Assembly (NCBI GenBank): GCA_907165135.1 | Contig: OU015567.1 | Location: 14,384,001-14,448,000, forward strand | Source of the DNA: Oikopleura dioica | Lineage: Eukaryota > Animalia > Chordata | DNA length: 64,000 nt | Direction: 5' to 3' | Shown here: positions 46,938 through 58,437 of the stretch, piece after piece | Layout of the letters: every line of letters starts with the position of its first letter | Position numbering within the stretch: position 1 is the stretch's first letter | Notes under the pieces: model-generated | What the model was told of the DNA's origin: nothing | The model's input: the letters and a program-made list of their open reading frames with translations, nothing else | The model's database searches: none | Program-made: the position numbers and the translations under genes

Positions 46938-48433
46938 ATGAAAACTTTTGCCTTTTTAGTAGTACATTCCTTAGCGCAAGAACAGACATGCAAGGATTGG
47001 GAGCTTGAGGAAAAATGTCTAGACCAGTGTCGTCTAATCTACACTGATTGCACGCAGAACTGTTCTGACAACACTTGCCAGACTCAATGCGTGAATCGCT
47101 ATTCTGCCTGTATGGCTGACTGTCCATGCAATCTCAATTGCCCAAACGGCTGCGATGGATGTGATCATCCACTTTGTAATGTTTGTGATGCCGAGAGCAA
47201 TATGCATTCACAACAGTGTAAGAACGAAGCTGTCCAAAAGGTAAATCAAGACTTGATCAAGTTCAAAGCTAGCATTTAACATTTTATAGGAAAGTCTATG
47301 CAAAAAATCGTGCGAAATGACGGACGATGACTGCTATTCTCAATGCCATCTTGAACTGATGAACGATAAGATGGAATGCCCTTGCATGGACAACTGTCCA
47401 AATGGTTGTCCTTGTGACAGCTTCAAATGTCAACCTTACGTTTCTGTAATTGGCGAATACTATCACTACAAGGAGAGTTACGTCATCAGCACGGACGGAA
47501 GCTTCCGAGAAAATCGCCATTACGACTCTCCCCCAGAAAAAGCGAGCTCTCAATACGGATACTTCGATAGGATCGGCCACGAAATCTTTCAAGGGGACAT
47601 TTTCTTCTTCGGCGGGCGCTCTGATGAGTTGAAAATCGCCAAGCTTGATGGATGCGAGGTGGTTGAGCTTGATGTACGACTGCTCTTCCCCTATGATTGT
47701 TACTACGGCTCTTCTACTGCAAACGAAGAAGAAATATTCATCTGCTTCAGCGAATCTCCTTACAGATACTGTGAAGGATTTGACGGAAACCAGATGCGAG
47801 AAATTTCCTGCACGACTGAATATTCTCATCAGAAGGGATGCATGGCATACTACAATGATGATGTCTACGCTATTGGCGGCACGAGAAGCAACGAGCCAAC
47901 TCATGGAAATGTGGAGATCCTTGGCTACAGTGGGTGGACTTTGGGAGTTCCTATGAACGAGTTTCTCTTTTACCAAAATTTTTACTGATGATTTTTAGGG
48001 AAAGTGGATCGCATGGGCATGAATGTCTGCCTGTCTCCAATGGAATCCTTCTCTTTGGCGGTAATGCCGAATCACCAGACTACGACTGGGAAAGAGCTGT
48101 TCACTTTTTCACCGGAACAAACTGGTCTGTCGTTGGCTTCCTCAATGAGGTAGCGTAGAATTAATTCAATTTGATTGTTATCGAATTTGAGCCACAACGA
48201 TATCCTTCTGGTGCTGTAATTGGAAATTATGTCTTTGTTGTTAGCGGGCGAAAAAAGTAAGTGGAGATTTGATATTTGATTAAAACAGATTAAGACCCTA
48301 CGCCATAGAGCGTCTTGAATGGACTGGGTCCAACATCACATCGTCTGAAATAATTCACAACCATATCGACAACCTGAACCGGCCGATGGTTTGGGAAGGC
48401 AATCCAACACTTTGCGAAGCTGAATGCAACTGA
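46938..48433 (+). CDS. Secreted Cys-rich + Kelch/beta-propeller-like protein, copy A
   Basis: Signal MKTFAFLVVHSLA; CxxxC repeats with CPCxxNCPNGC; IFFFGG, VYAIGG, ILLFGG propeller-like motifs; ends TLCEAECN*. Confidence 0.8.
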
Positions 48434-48543
48434 CTTTAAATCAAAATAAATCAGAGGCAACATCTGTCCAGACATTCTAACACTTTATAAACAATGACAA
48501 GATATATTTTCATTATACAGTTGAGCAGCACAGGGCGGGCTTT

Positions 48544-51500
48544 CTATTTCCCATAACCATATTGGCATGTTCCTTTGGGTTGCAAAATGTCATTCTTACA
48601 GCATTGGAGGACGGACTTGTAGTAGGTCTTCTTTCCACAGCACCCTTTGTTTCCGAAATCAGAGAAAAACGGAAAGCGCTCGGGATACTCTCCGCAGCAC
48701 TCGTCCCATTTTTGGCAGTTCTGGCATTTTGGAACGCACATTTCAGAGAAATTGAAGTCACCGTACTGGCTGTGGTAGTCGTAGCTGAGATAATTGATAA
48801 AGAATTGATTTTTAAACTTAAATACTTCACCTTGATGTGTCTTCCAAGTAGCTCAATCTCTCTGCCAACCGTTTGTCACACTCGCAGAGGGCTCTTTCGC
48901 AGGTGTCTTGCTCGTCCACTGAAATAACATGCTACGATTTCTGTACAATTATATTGTGAGAGAACTTACAGCATTGCAGTTTCCGTTCCCCATCCTGGGA
49001 GTATCCCTTGAATCGATAGCCAACAGTTGATTTGCAATTGGAACCGTAATCGAGTTGAGCACACTAAATAGATTTAAATTAAATGCTACTGTATTTCAAG
49101 AAGTTTAAAAGCATCCTGAGAATTCTACGTCGATAAAAAATAGGTCAGTTATATAACATGAGAAATATTTGCTGTTCCGTTGAAACCGCGGTTATGCTCA
49201 AGGTGACCTATAGATCAGAACGGTGTTACATTTAGATATTCAAAGTAAATACCAAATTTTTCCCATAAAATTCGCCTGTTCAGACTAATTTGTTTCAAAG
49301 ATAATTGCGATGAAAATCTTCGCCTTTTTAGCAGTGCATTCCTTAGCACAGGAACAGACATGCAAGGATTGGGAGCTTGAGGAAAGATGTCTAGACCAGT
49401 GTCGTCTAATTTACACTGATTGCACGCAGAACTGCTCTGACAACACTTGCCAGACTCAATGCGTAAATCGCTATTCTGCCTGTATGGCTGACTGCCCATG
49501 CAATATCAATTGTCCAAACGGTTGTGATGGATGTGATCATCCCCTGTGCGGTAATTGTGATGCTGAGAGCAATATGTATTCACAGCAGTGCAAAAACGAA
49601 GCTGTTCAAAAGGCATGTCAATTTCAGGGCTAGAATCAAACATTTTATACTAAAAATTTATAGGAAAGTTTGTGCAAAAAATCGTGCGAAATGGCCGACG
49701 ACGAGTGCTATTCTCAATGCCATCTTGAACTTATGAACGATAAGATGGACTGCCCTTGCATGGACAACTGTCCAAATGGTTGTCCCTGTGACAGCTTCAA
49801 ATGTCAATCTTACGTTTCCGTGTTCGGCGAAAACTACCACTACAAAGAGAGTTACGTCATCAGCGCGGACGGAAGCTTCCGAGAAAATCGGCATTACGAC
49901 TCTCCCCCAGAAAAGGCCAGCTCTCAATACGGATACTTCGACAGAATCGGCCATGAAATCTTCCAAGGTGACATTTACTTTTTCGGGGGGCGCTCTGATG
50001 AGTTGAAAATCGCCAAACTTGATGCTTGCGAGGTGGTGGAGCTTGATGTACGACTGCTATTTCCTTATGATTCCTACTATGGAGCTTCTACTGCAGATGA
50101 AGAAGAAATATACATTTGCTTCAGCGAGTCTCCCTACAGATACTGCGAAGGATTCGACGGAAACCAGATGCGAGAAATTTCCTACACAACTGAATATTCT
50201 CATCAGAAAGGCTGCATGGCATACTACGACGACGATGTGTACGCCATTGGCGGCACAAGAAGTAGCGAACCGACACATGGAGAAGTTGAGATCCTTGGCT
50301 ACAGTGGATGGACTTTGGGAGTTACCATGAATGAGTAAGCCTCTTTTCAAAATAATTTCAGAATTTGATTATAGGAGAAGAGGATCATATGGACACGAAT
50401 GTTTATCAGTCTCCAATGGAATCCTTCTCTTCGGCGGTGTCGCCGAAGAACCAGACTATAACTGGGAAAAGAAGAAAGCGGTTCACTTTTTTACGGGAAC
50501 AAACTGGTCTGTCGTAGGCTACCTAAAAGAGGTAAGGAAGTATTTTCCCATTTCGATGGTAATTTGTTCAAGCGACAAACATATCCTTCTGGAGCTGTTA
50601 TCGGAAACTCTGTCTTTGTTGTTAGCGGACGAAAAAAGTAAGCGATGATTCGATATATGATTAAAACAAATTAAGACCCTATGCCATTGAGCGCTTTGAG
50701 TGGAATGGGTCAAATGTTACTTCGTCTGAAATAATTCACAACCATATCGACAATCTGACCCGTCCGATGGTTTGGGAAGGTAATCCAACACTTTGCGAAG
50801 CTGAATGCAACTGACTTTATATCAAACTGTTTATCAGAAGCAGCATCTGTCCATATCTCTCCCGAGAGAGTAATCCCATCGAATTTTACATCGAATAAAA
50901 ATATATTGATTGCCCACACCTATACAGCTTTTGTTAGATATATTACCTTGTAACAAAGCTGTTTCGCACGGCAGGTCGCGTCAATTTCATCAACTGGCTC
51001 GCCAGCAGTTTTTCCCATTGCTTCGGCCCCGTAAGGCAAACACCAACATCCGTAGAAGCAATATTTCGAAAAGACGGGTTCGTTCTTTTTGTTGGAATTA
51101 TCAATTTGCTCTATCGACAAGTTGTCAATTGATCGACCTTTTGCCGTTCCATTCCTGCAAGTACATGATCATCTCCATCAGCTGAGTCAGCTTGTTCAAC
51201 TGATTCCAGCTATCGTCGACGACCAATGCTCGTGCCAAGTCAATACCGGATGATCCAGCAAGGGTACGCTCTCTCATCTTCAATGAGGCCATTTTTCTCT
51301 GGGTCTCCAAGTAAATTGGATCTTCCTTGGAATAGTCCTTCGGGTCGAAATCTTGAAATTCTGATTCAAACTCTCCTGATTTTTTCGGAAGGCTGGAAGT
51401 CCACGACTTGGCAGGGGGAATCTTAGGAAGAGCCTGAGTTGATGTCGTGGCTTGCGGAGGTTCAATTTGAATTCTGGATAAAAATAAGATAGCTAGATCG

Positions 51501-51792
51501 ACAATGAACCCTGTCTGGAATGGTTGTTTTAACAGGAGGCTGAGTTACTCTAGCATTAGGGTTTAAAAGATTAATGAGGCCACAGAAACTCCTTTAAAGT
51601 GATGAGCTCTCCTAAACCCTGTCTGTACGGATCGCCTCGATTCTTGAACGCATTGTAAAACTTATTAAACTTCTTGCCACCAAACTGTGCACGCCTCTCG
51701 CGGCTCATCGCCTGCTCATCTCTTTCGAAGCCGACGAAATCGAGACCTTTGCAAGATCCAAAAAATAGCACTAAACTGTAAAAACTCTTCAT
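48544..51792 (-). CDS. Secreted PLA2-like (otoconin-like) protein; a 1.88-kb intron hosts gene copy B
   Basis: Signal MKSFYSLVLFFG; YCFYGCWC..GEPVDEIDATCRAKQLCYK spliced (50947 to 49063) to CAQLDYGSNC; DTCERALCECDKRLAERL; C-terminal CCGEYPERFPF..GCCGKKTY..QCC. Confidence 0.8.
49310..50814 (+). CDS. Secreted Cys-rich + Kelch-like protein, copy B (paralog of 46938-48433)
   Basis: Nearly identical exon/intron structure and peptide to copy A; homology extends ~150 bp upstream of the ATG. Confidence 0.8.
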
Positions 51793-52310
51793 TCGCTCTC
51801 TTGGACAATCGGATTTTAAAAATAAAAGCTGCGAGTTGAACCGAATGGCAAATGAACCGCCCGGTTATGCAGATTGGTGCCACTCAGCGCCGCATGAATC
51901 GCCGCAAAGTCTTTAGTGAACTGACAGGTCGCGGCTGACGGCTAGATCGGAGATGAAGTTGGAGATAGTGTAACAAGAAAATCTGGTTCTAAAACGATTT
52001 ACTTTTTGTTTGAATATTTGTGTTGAGAAATAGTGATTGGAGTTTATATTGGTTTATTTTAGTAACCTGGCTTGGCTGTACTGTCGGCACTGCAGGTCAC
52101 GCCGCTTCCCGCCCCAGGGGAGTAAGGCAGCAGAGCAGTGGTGCTCAAAAGAAAACGTAGCTGAATTTCGCCTGAGCTGCTCCTTAGCTTGTCCCTAGTA
52201 GCGCTCCGCCCTAGTTGCTTCCCTTTCGTTTTTACCGCTGTTTTACCCTAATACGCCGATTTAAGGCGCGTTATTAATAATCTTTTAATCCAAAGAGATA
52301 AGCCGCAAAG

Positions 52311-53806
52311 ATGAATTTTGTAATGAAACAAGCGCTCGGAGGTAAGTTGCTTATTGCAATTTAAAAGTAGAAAATCAAGAAGTCTGTAGAAGGCGTTTTA
52401 GAAGTTTTTAAGACTTTTATTTTGCGATGAATCTTTTTACTCAAGAAAGAGTTTCGAAGATTTTTAAGAATTCCAAATGCTAAATAGATTTATTTCCACT
52501 CTTAAATTAAGACTCATAAAAAGAGAACGAGTACTGCAGCATCTGGTTTACAATTTTTTGAAATTGAAGCAATTAGTGCCATTAACAATTTATTAAGGCG
52601 CTCAGAAGGACCTGATGGCAAACATGCCGGGAAAAACTGAAGTCGATCCAGAAGAAGCTAAACGCCAAGAGGAACAATTACAGGTACAGCTTCAGATTCT
52701 GATGTTGAATCTTACAGGGACTTTGAGGCGATGGAAGATGCTGAGAAAGACAGACAAAAGAAGTGGCAAAAGCAGGAAAATGCTAGAGAAGGAATGCGCC
52801 AGGGAATAAGAGACAAGGTAATTAGTAATTACATAATCATAGATTGAGAAAGGTGGAGAAGGGTCTGTGAAATGTCGATTTTGCAGCGTCTTTTTGCGGA
52901 TTTTAGTGAGATCATCAGATGAACGATGAATTCAAAAGTGCGGCTGAAACTGTCTCTCGCGGTGCATAAATTTGTCATTCCATTCATCCACCCTTTTTCG
53001 CAAGAACCCACCTACTTGATAAACATTTCATTTATCAAGAGCATTGCCGGCTCTTCTTAGTCAGAAAAACCCTAAAAACTTGCTTAGCAACTACTAAATT
53101 ATTCAGTACTCGATCAAAAGCCCCGAAGAAAAAGCAGCGGCCGAAGAAGCCGCTCAAAACATTTCGGTACCGCCTGGACTTCAAGGAATGGCGGACGAAG
53201 AAGCCGTTGACGAGAGTAAGTGATATTTATGCTGCATGTAGGGAAGACCGGCCTTTATTTTAAATATTTATGCGATTCTCAGCATTGCTCTGCTGCCATT
53301 CTTTGCCATAACGAAAATCGATAAAATGCACAGCCACTTACTGTATCACGGCAGAAAGGAAGGATAATTCAATTTAGGAAAATATTGATCAGGGCCCAGG
53401 GGAAGGATAGCATACAACAAATGTCAATTAAAGATGACCACCACGAAATTACTGCATTCTCCTTTTATTGATTCCATAAGATGATCGAAAAGGGGAAAGA
53501 ATTTGTGACATGTAAATATCTGGCCTCGGCAACTTGGGTTTGGGTTAGGGTTAGAGTCAGGGTTAGGGTTCACCGGGTCAACTTGACCCTGACTCAGGTT
53601 TTCTATTCAGTTTGACGAGCCCGGGTATTTACATTGTTTCAAGGAATAACCGATAAGAAACGATACCAAAAAACTGTCTTATTCTAACGATATCATATTT
53701 AGGCATCATGGGACAAGCCGAAAAAATGATGGAAGAAACCAAAGCAAAGGCGGCTGAGCTTCAAGAAATGGCGATGGAGAAAGTCAACAACTGCAAAGTC
53801 TCCTGA
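52311..53806 (+). CDS. CPLX: Complexin with C-terminal CAAX box
   Basis: MNFVMKQALG; EAMEDAEKDRQKKWQKQENAREGMRQGIRDKY; ends NCKVS*. Confidence 0.92.
53531..53622. repeat. Telomere-like TTAGGG repeats adjoining a partial TGACTCA-family MITE in the last complexin intron
   Basis: ttgggtttgggttagggttagagtcagggttagggttc followed by ccctgactcaggttttcta. Confidence 0.6.
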
Positions 53807-54083
53807 TTGAGTCTTTTTTTCCGCTTCTGCTCCTCATTTTTTCAAAAGCCATAGATCATGTTGCTCTGTTTATTTCATTGTCTAATAGTACACGGTCATA
53901 TATTCAGTCAAAATGTGCTATAATTCGAACAGTGTGTGTTTCTGTCTTTATTCTGAATAAAATCACTCATTCTTGATTAACGCATCAATTTGGCGCCCGA
54001 TCAAAAATTACTTTTCACGTGGCTTAAATTACGTCGTAAACTTGTCATACCCGGCGTCAAAGATCAAGAGGAAGCAGCGAGTT

Positions 54084-57000
54084 ATGAGATTTCTTTCTTT
54101 CATTCTGAATATAAATTTGATTTTTTGCAACGAACATGTCTCGGTTTTCGTTCTTTCCCCAGCGATTCCAGAGAAGATCGCGGAGAAAATACATGGAGAT
54201 TATTTGAAAGAAAATGAGTACTATCGACATCTGGTAAATAGAGAAGGAACAGGGAGAATTAATCTTTGATCAACTCTGGTAGAGCTTGTTTTAGCAGAAT
54301 CGACCTTTGACTAAGTATTGATATCAAAAACAGACGATAAATCAATCAACTACTGGCGCTGGAGTATCAATGGTAAGGTTGGGCTCGGCAATCTGTGTAG
54401 AAAATCTGAGTCAGGTTTTAAAGAGCTAAAATGAAAAGCCGCGTAGCGGTTTTTTTGAAAACGTAGCCGCAAAGCAGCGGCGCAAAGCAGCTTAGTTTTC
54501 AAATTTTCTTTAAGAACCTGACTCATGTTTTCTACACAGGTTTCCGAGCCCAGTGCAAAGGACACTCTCGAGCTGCGTTCTACTACGCCCCTTCTCTCCT
54601 TGCACGCCCTGAATACAGAAGGTAATTGCATAATCAGCCTTCATTTTCCACTCATGCATAATTTCAGTGGTCATCTTCCAAGATGACGAGCAGCTTATTT
54701 TGGAATCGGCTCTTCTTGTCGCCGGGAGTGGCAATGCCATTGACGGGATATTTGTCATTGACGGAGATTTACGCGCGTCTTTGAGTGGTCTCTACATTCG
54801 GCCCGATGAGAGAGCAATTTATATTCGCCGCCCTTATGATGGTTTTCTGTCAGCTTCGTTTCGAAGTGAAGAAAACGAGCCTCGAAGCTGGCGACTGAAT
54901 TTAAATTACACGAGGATTTCGATTGAACTCGTTGGAATGAACACTGCCTATTTGAAAATGACCAAGTGCTACAAATACTTTCCGGGGGCATGGATTCGCT
55001 GCAGCTCGAAATTCAAGGTGCAAAAGCAGCCGATCAAAGTGAGAACAGAAGTGCTTGATGGCGCGCTTCATGACCTTCCCGACAAACTGGACTTTTCTCT
55101 GGTTCCCGTTCGAGATTTTCGACAAGTCCACTACAAAGCAATTAATGAAAAATCGGGGAGGAAACTCTGGTTGAGTCGGAAGAACTTTCCTGGCGGACGG
55201 ATTTTGAACTTTACTTGGACGATCTCGGAACGACTGGCTTTTGTCTCTTCCGGAGATTGTCAGGATTTCGCCAGACTGGAGAGCAAGATTTGGAGCGTGC
55301 AGGATTTAGGCACGCAGAGATGGAATATGAATGAAAGGTTTCAGAAAATATGATGATAGATCACTTTTCTTATTAGAAATTGACGAATTTTGATGTTGAG
55401 ATCTTGAAAAAGCTGTGGACAATCCGTGGCAAAGGGGACCCCTAATCGCCTTCAAAGTTTCAAAGAAATACACGATTTTAGATGACGTTCTTCCTAAACG
55501 CACTCTGAGCCAACTTTGTCGCAGCTTAGGACGCAAACTTGTCCAATCCCGCCTTCGCCACGTGACTGAACTATCTGATAATGGCAAAAACTGGTATAAG
55601 CTCAACTCTGTGCCGAGAAAGAACTTCAGTAGACTTAAAATCGGAATGGAGCAGAAGGGGACTGAGTTGAATGTTTTGAGAGGGTTTGATAATTTGTGGA
55701 TGATGGTAAATGACTCGCCAGGAGATGTTTCAACCTGGCAGTGTGTTGAAAATCCGACTTCTTTATTTGTTGATGTCTCGACTTGTGCCGGCGAATACGT
55801 CGATACTCTGATGGAAGTTGAATTCGGAAAGATGCCAGTCCGCCTCTACGACTCATATTTCGTAAAACAACGCCAGATACTGCGATTCCGATTCACCTTC
55901 GAAAATACGGAAGGTTACGACAATGTCCGAATCTCCCTTGATGATCTTGCAAGCATAAGAATAAGGAATATTGGCGAAAGTAATCTTTGCCTGGCGAAAT
56001 TTCTTCTTCAAGTGGATCATTTGGCCATTGACTTGGTTGAAGAAGAGAGTGAAAAAAGTGGCATCTTGCTGATTCCAGCTGGAGTTTCTTTCACTGTCCC
56101 TTTCAAGCAAATCCAACAGTTGCTAAATGTCAATCCTGCTTCTTGCTGCAAAAATGCAACGGATGATTCTGACAATAGCAGCAGCTATCGTGAGATAAGG
56201 CAGCAGCATCTTCAGCCGGTCAGATCTCTGGTTAGCCTTCGAAAATTGCCGAACTACTTTTTTGGAACTGTCGGTGCTACTGTAGAGACCTGCCAAACTT
56301 GTTATGGAAGTAGTATTTGCGATCCTGTGAAAAATACATGCGTTTGTGGAGGAGACAGAGATTTCAAAGGCAACTGCTCGCCAAAGAAAATTTGTAAATG
56401 CCCGGTTGGAAGTTACTGTGGCTCTTCAGAAAGGGAATCAGAGAAATGCCATTTAATTTGCAAAGAAGGCTTCGAACGAGTGGGAAATTTTCGATGTGAA
56501 AACATAGACGAGTGCTCTCTTCTCCCTGCGGTCTGCGCTAAAAACTTTCTTTGCGTGGACCTTATCGGGACTTTCGAATGCTTACCGCCAGTGCTTTCGC
56601 ACAATTCATCGAATATAGATGCCCACAGGATGGAAGACCTCAAGCTTAGCGAGCTTTTATCCGTCCGACAATGCAAGCTTGGATATCGAACCGTAGCGAA
56701 TTTCGAAGAGGGGCATTTTTCTTGTGAAGACATAGACGAGTGTCAGGATTCAACAATGACCGTGTTGTTTAATTTTTCCATAAACGCGGCTTCTTGAATC
56801 CCGATAAGTGTTCGATTCCGAACGCAAAGCTGTGTCATACAAGAGCGGATTGTTTAAACTTGGTCGGGGGATATGAATGTCGATGTCAGCAGGGATTCAT
56901 TGGCGATGGATTTTTATGCAAAAATGACCAGGATTTTCAAAAGTCAATTCTAGAGCCGGGAGGAGGACATGTCGATTCGCAGGGATTTACTTACTTCGCT

Positions 57001-58410
57001 CAGTACAGAAATCTAAAAGTTGGTGACGCTGGAGTTATTTCTTCAGATCATGCTCAAGTGGACAGGCTAAAATTTGAACGGCTTTCAATAAGAAAGCAAA
57101 GAACAGAATGGGAGTTTTTCTTGTCTCAAAGATTCACGTAAGTCTTTTGAAAATCGAATAATTTGAAATTTTTCTTCAGCAAACTGGTCTTCGAAGTTCA
57201 AAACATCTCTCTACCGTACTCCAGATGCGATACGGAAGAACCTGTATTTCTCAACAATTTCTTGCGTCTTTCAAAAGGGATCGGAAGCTCGCAATCCCAC
57301 GAATACATTTGTGAGGAGGTGCTTAGGAAGCAATCGAATCGTATAGTTTTTGGTCAGCCACTGCAAGAACCAATAACGGTAACCTTCATGTCTGACAGTC
57401 GGTCCAACTCAAGAAAGGGTTTCTAATTGCTTTTTAGCATTATATTTAATGAAAATGATTTTATTTATTTTAAAACCTTCGAAAGTATTTTTATTCGCTG
57501 GAAAGTAATCGATACGAGCCTTCAGGTTTCTCAAAGTTTCTGCGGAAAAGATGGTGACCACGAAGATCCTTCTCATCATCGACCAAACATTAGACTAGAT
57601 TACCTTCCATTTTGGTCATTTTCTATTGAAAACTTCGACATCAGTTTACCCTCACCGTTATGCAAGCTTGATGAATGCTTGATAGACCTTCCTGACTCAG
57701 CGGAAAGGCTGAATTCTGTAGAGATTTCCTGGCTCAGCCATGACACTGCTTGTTTTGAAGTAATATCTTTTTACTCTTCGTTGGAACAAAAATCATTTTT
57801 AGGGAATCGAACTCGAATGGAAGCCATACAAAATGGAACCACAAAGAATAATTATGAATGATGAGAAAGTTCTTCTTTCTTCAGCAAAGAATCAAGAACA
57901 GAATCAGAAATTCTACACTGGGATCGATTGGTACTCGTCTATGTCTCCAAATCAGAATACTAAGTCGTCGTTTTACCGCCGACGGCTTTTCACTGAGAAT
58001 GCAATTGGACAGTGTCAGGTTCCTGTCGGCTGGACGGCTGGTGGAAAACTTACGCTTGGTGGAGGTAGAGAGTGTGCAACCATCATAAAAAGTCTTGGGA
58101 GAAAGAATAGAATTCTAAATTTGAATGGGCGAATGCTGAAAGAGTGGTGCCAACTTAGAGCCTTCAGCATTTTTGTTTGTAAGGATGAATGCCAGTCGTT
58201 AGAAATATGCGATTCTGGATCTGAGTGAGTATCACCGTCTTCTTAGTACTAGGACACCTAATGGATTTTAGGATGGTTCCAGAAGTGACGAAAAAACTCG
58301 ACAAGTTTTCGGGGAGTCTCGTGATTCTCCAGGAGGCAAAAACTGACATACTGCTTGATCTCCACTTCACAGATGAGCGTGAAGCGGAAATTGTTCTGAG
58401 AAACTGTTAA
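54084..58410 (+). CDS. Large secreted protein with Ca-binding EGF repeats and a CUB-like domain
   Basis: Signal MRFLSFILNINLIFC; CENIDECSLL..CVDLIGTFEC; CEDIDECQD; CLNLVGGYECRCQQGFIGDGFLC; TVTFMSDSRSN (CUB-like). Several junctions uncertain. Confidence 0.75.
54381..54551. mobile_element. TGACTCA-family MITE filling almost all of intron 2 of the EGF gene
   Basis: GGGCTCGGcaatctgtgtagaaaatctgagtcagg ... cctgactcatgttttctacacaggtttCCGAGCCC. Confidence 0.8.
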
Positions 58411-58437
58411 TTAAATTGGCAAGGCAGAGTTGAGTGT

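Noticed and set aside
47296-47976. 226-aa minus ORF and its twin at 49658-50350
   Set aside because: Antisense shadows of the duplicated Kelch-like exons.
50710-50919. Minus ORF as the continuation of the PLA2-like gene
   Set aside because: Mostly antisense to the last exon of copy B; the PLA2 frame continues properly at 49063.
52829-53011. Minus ORF inside a complexin intron as a nested gene
   Set aside because: Short (60 aa) with no motif or splice support.
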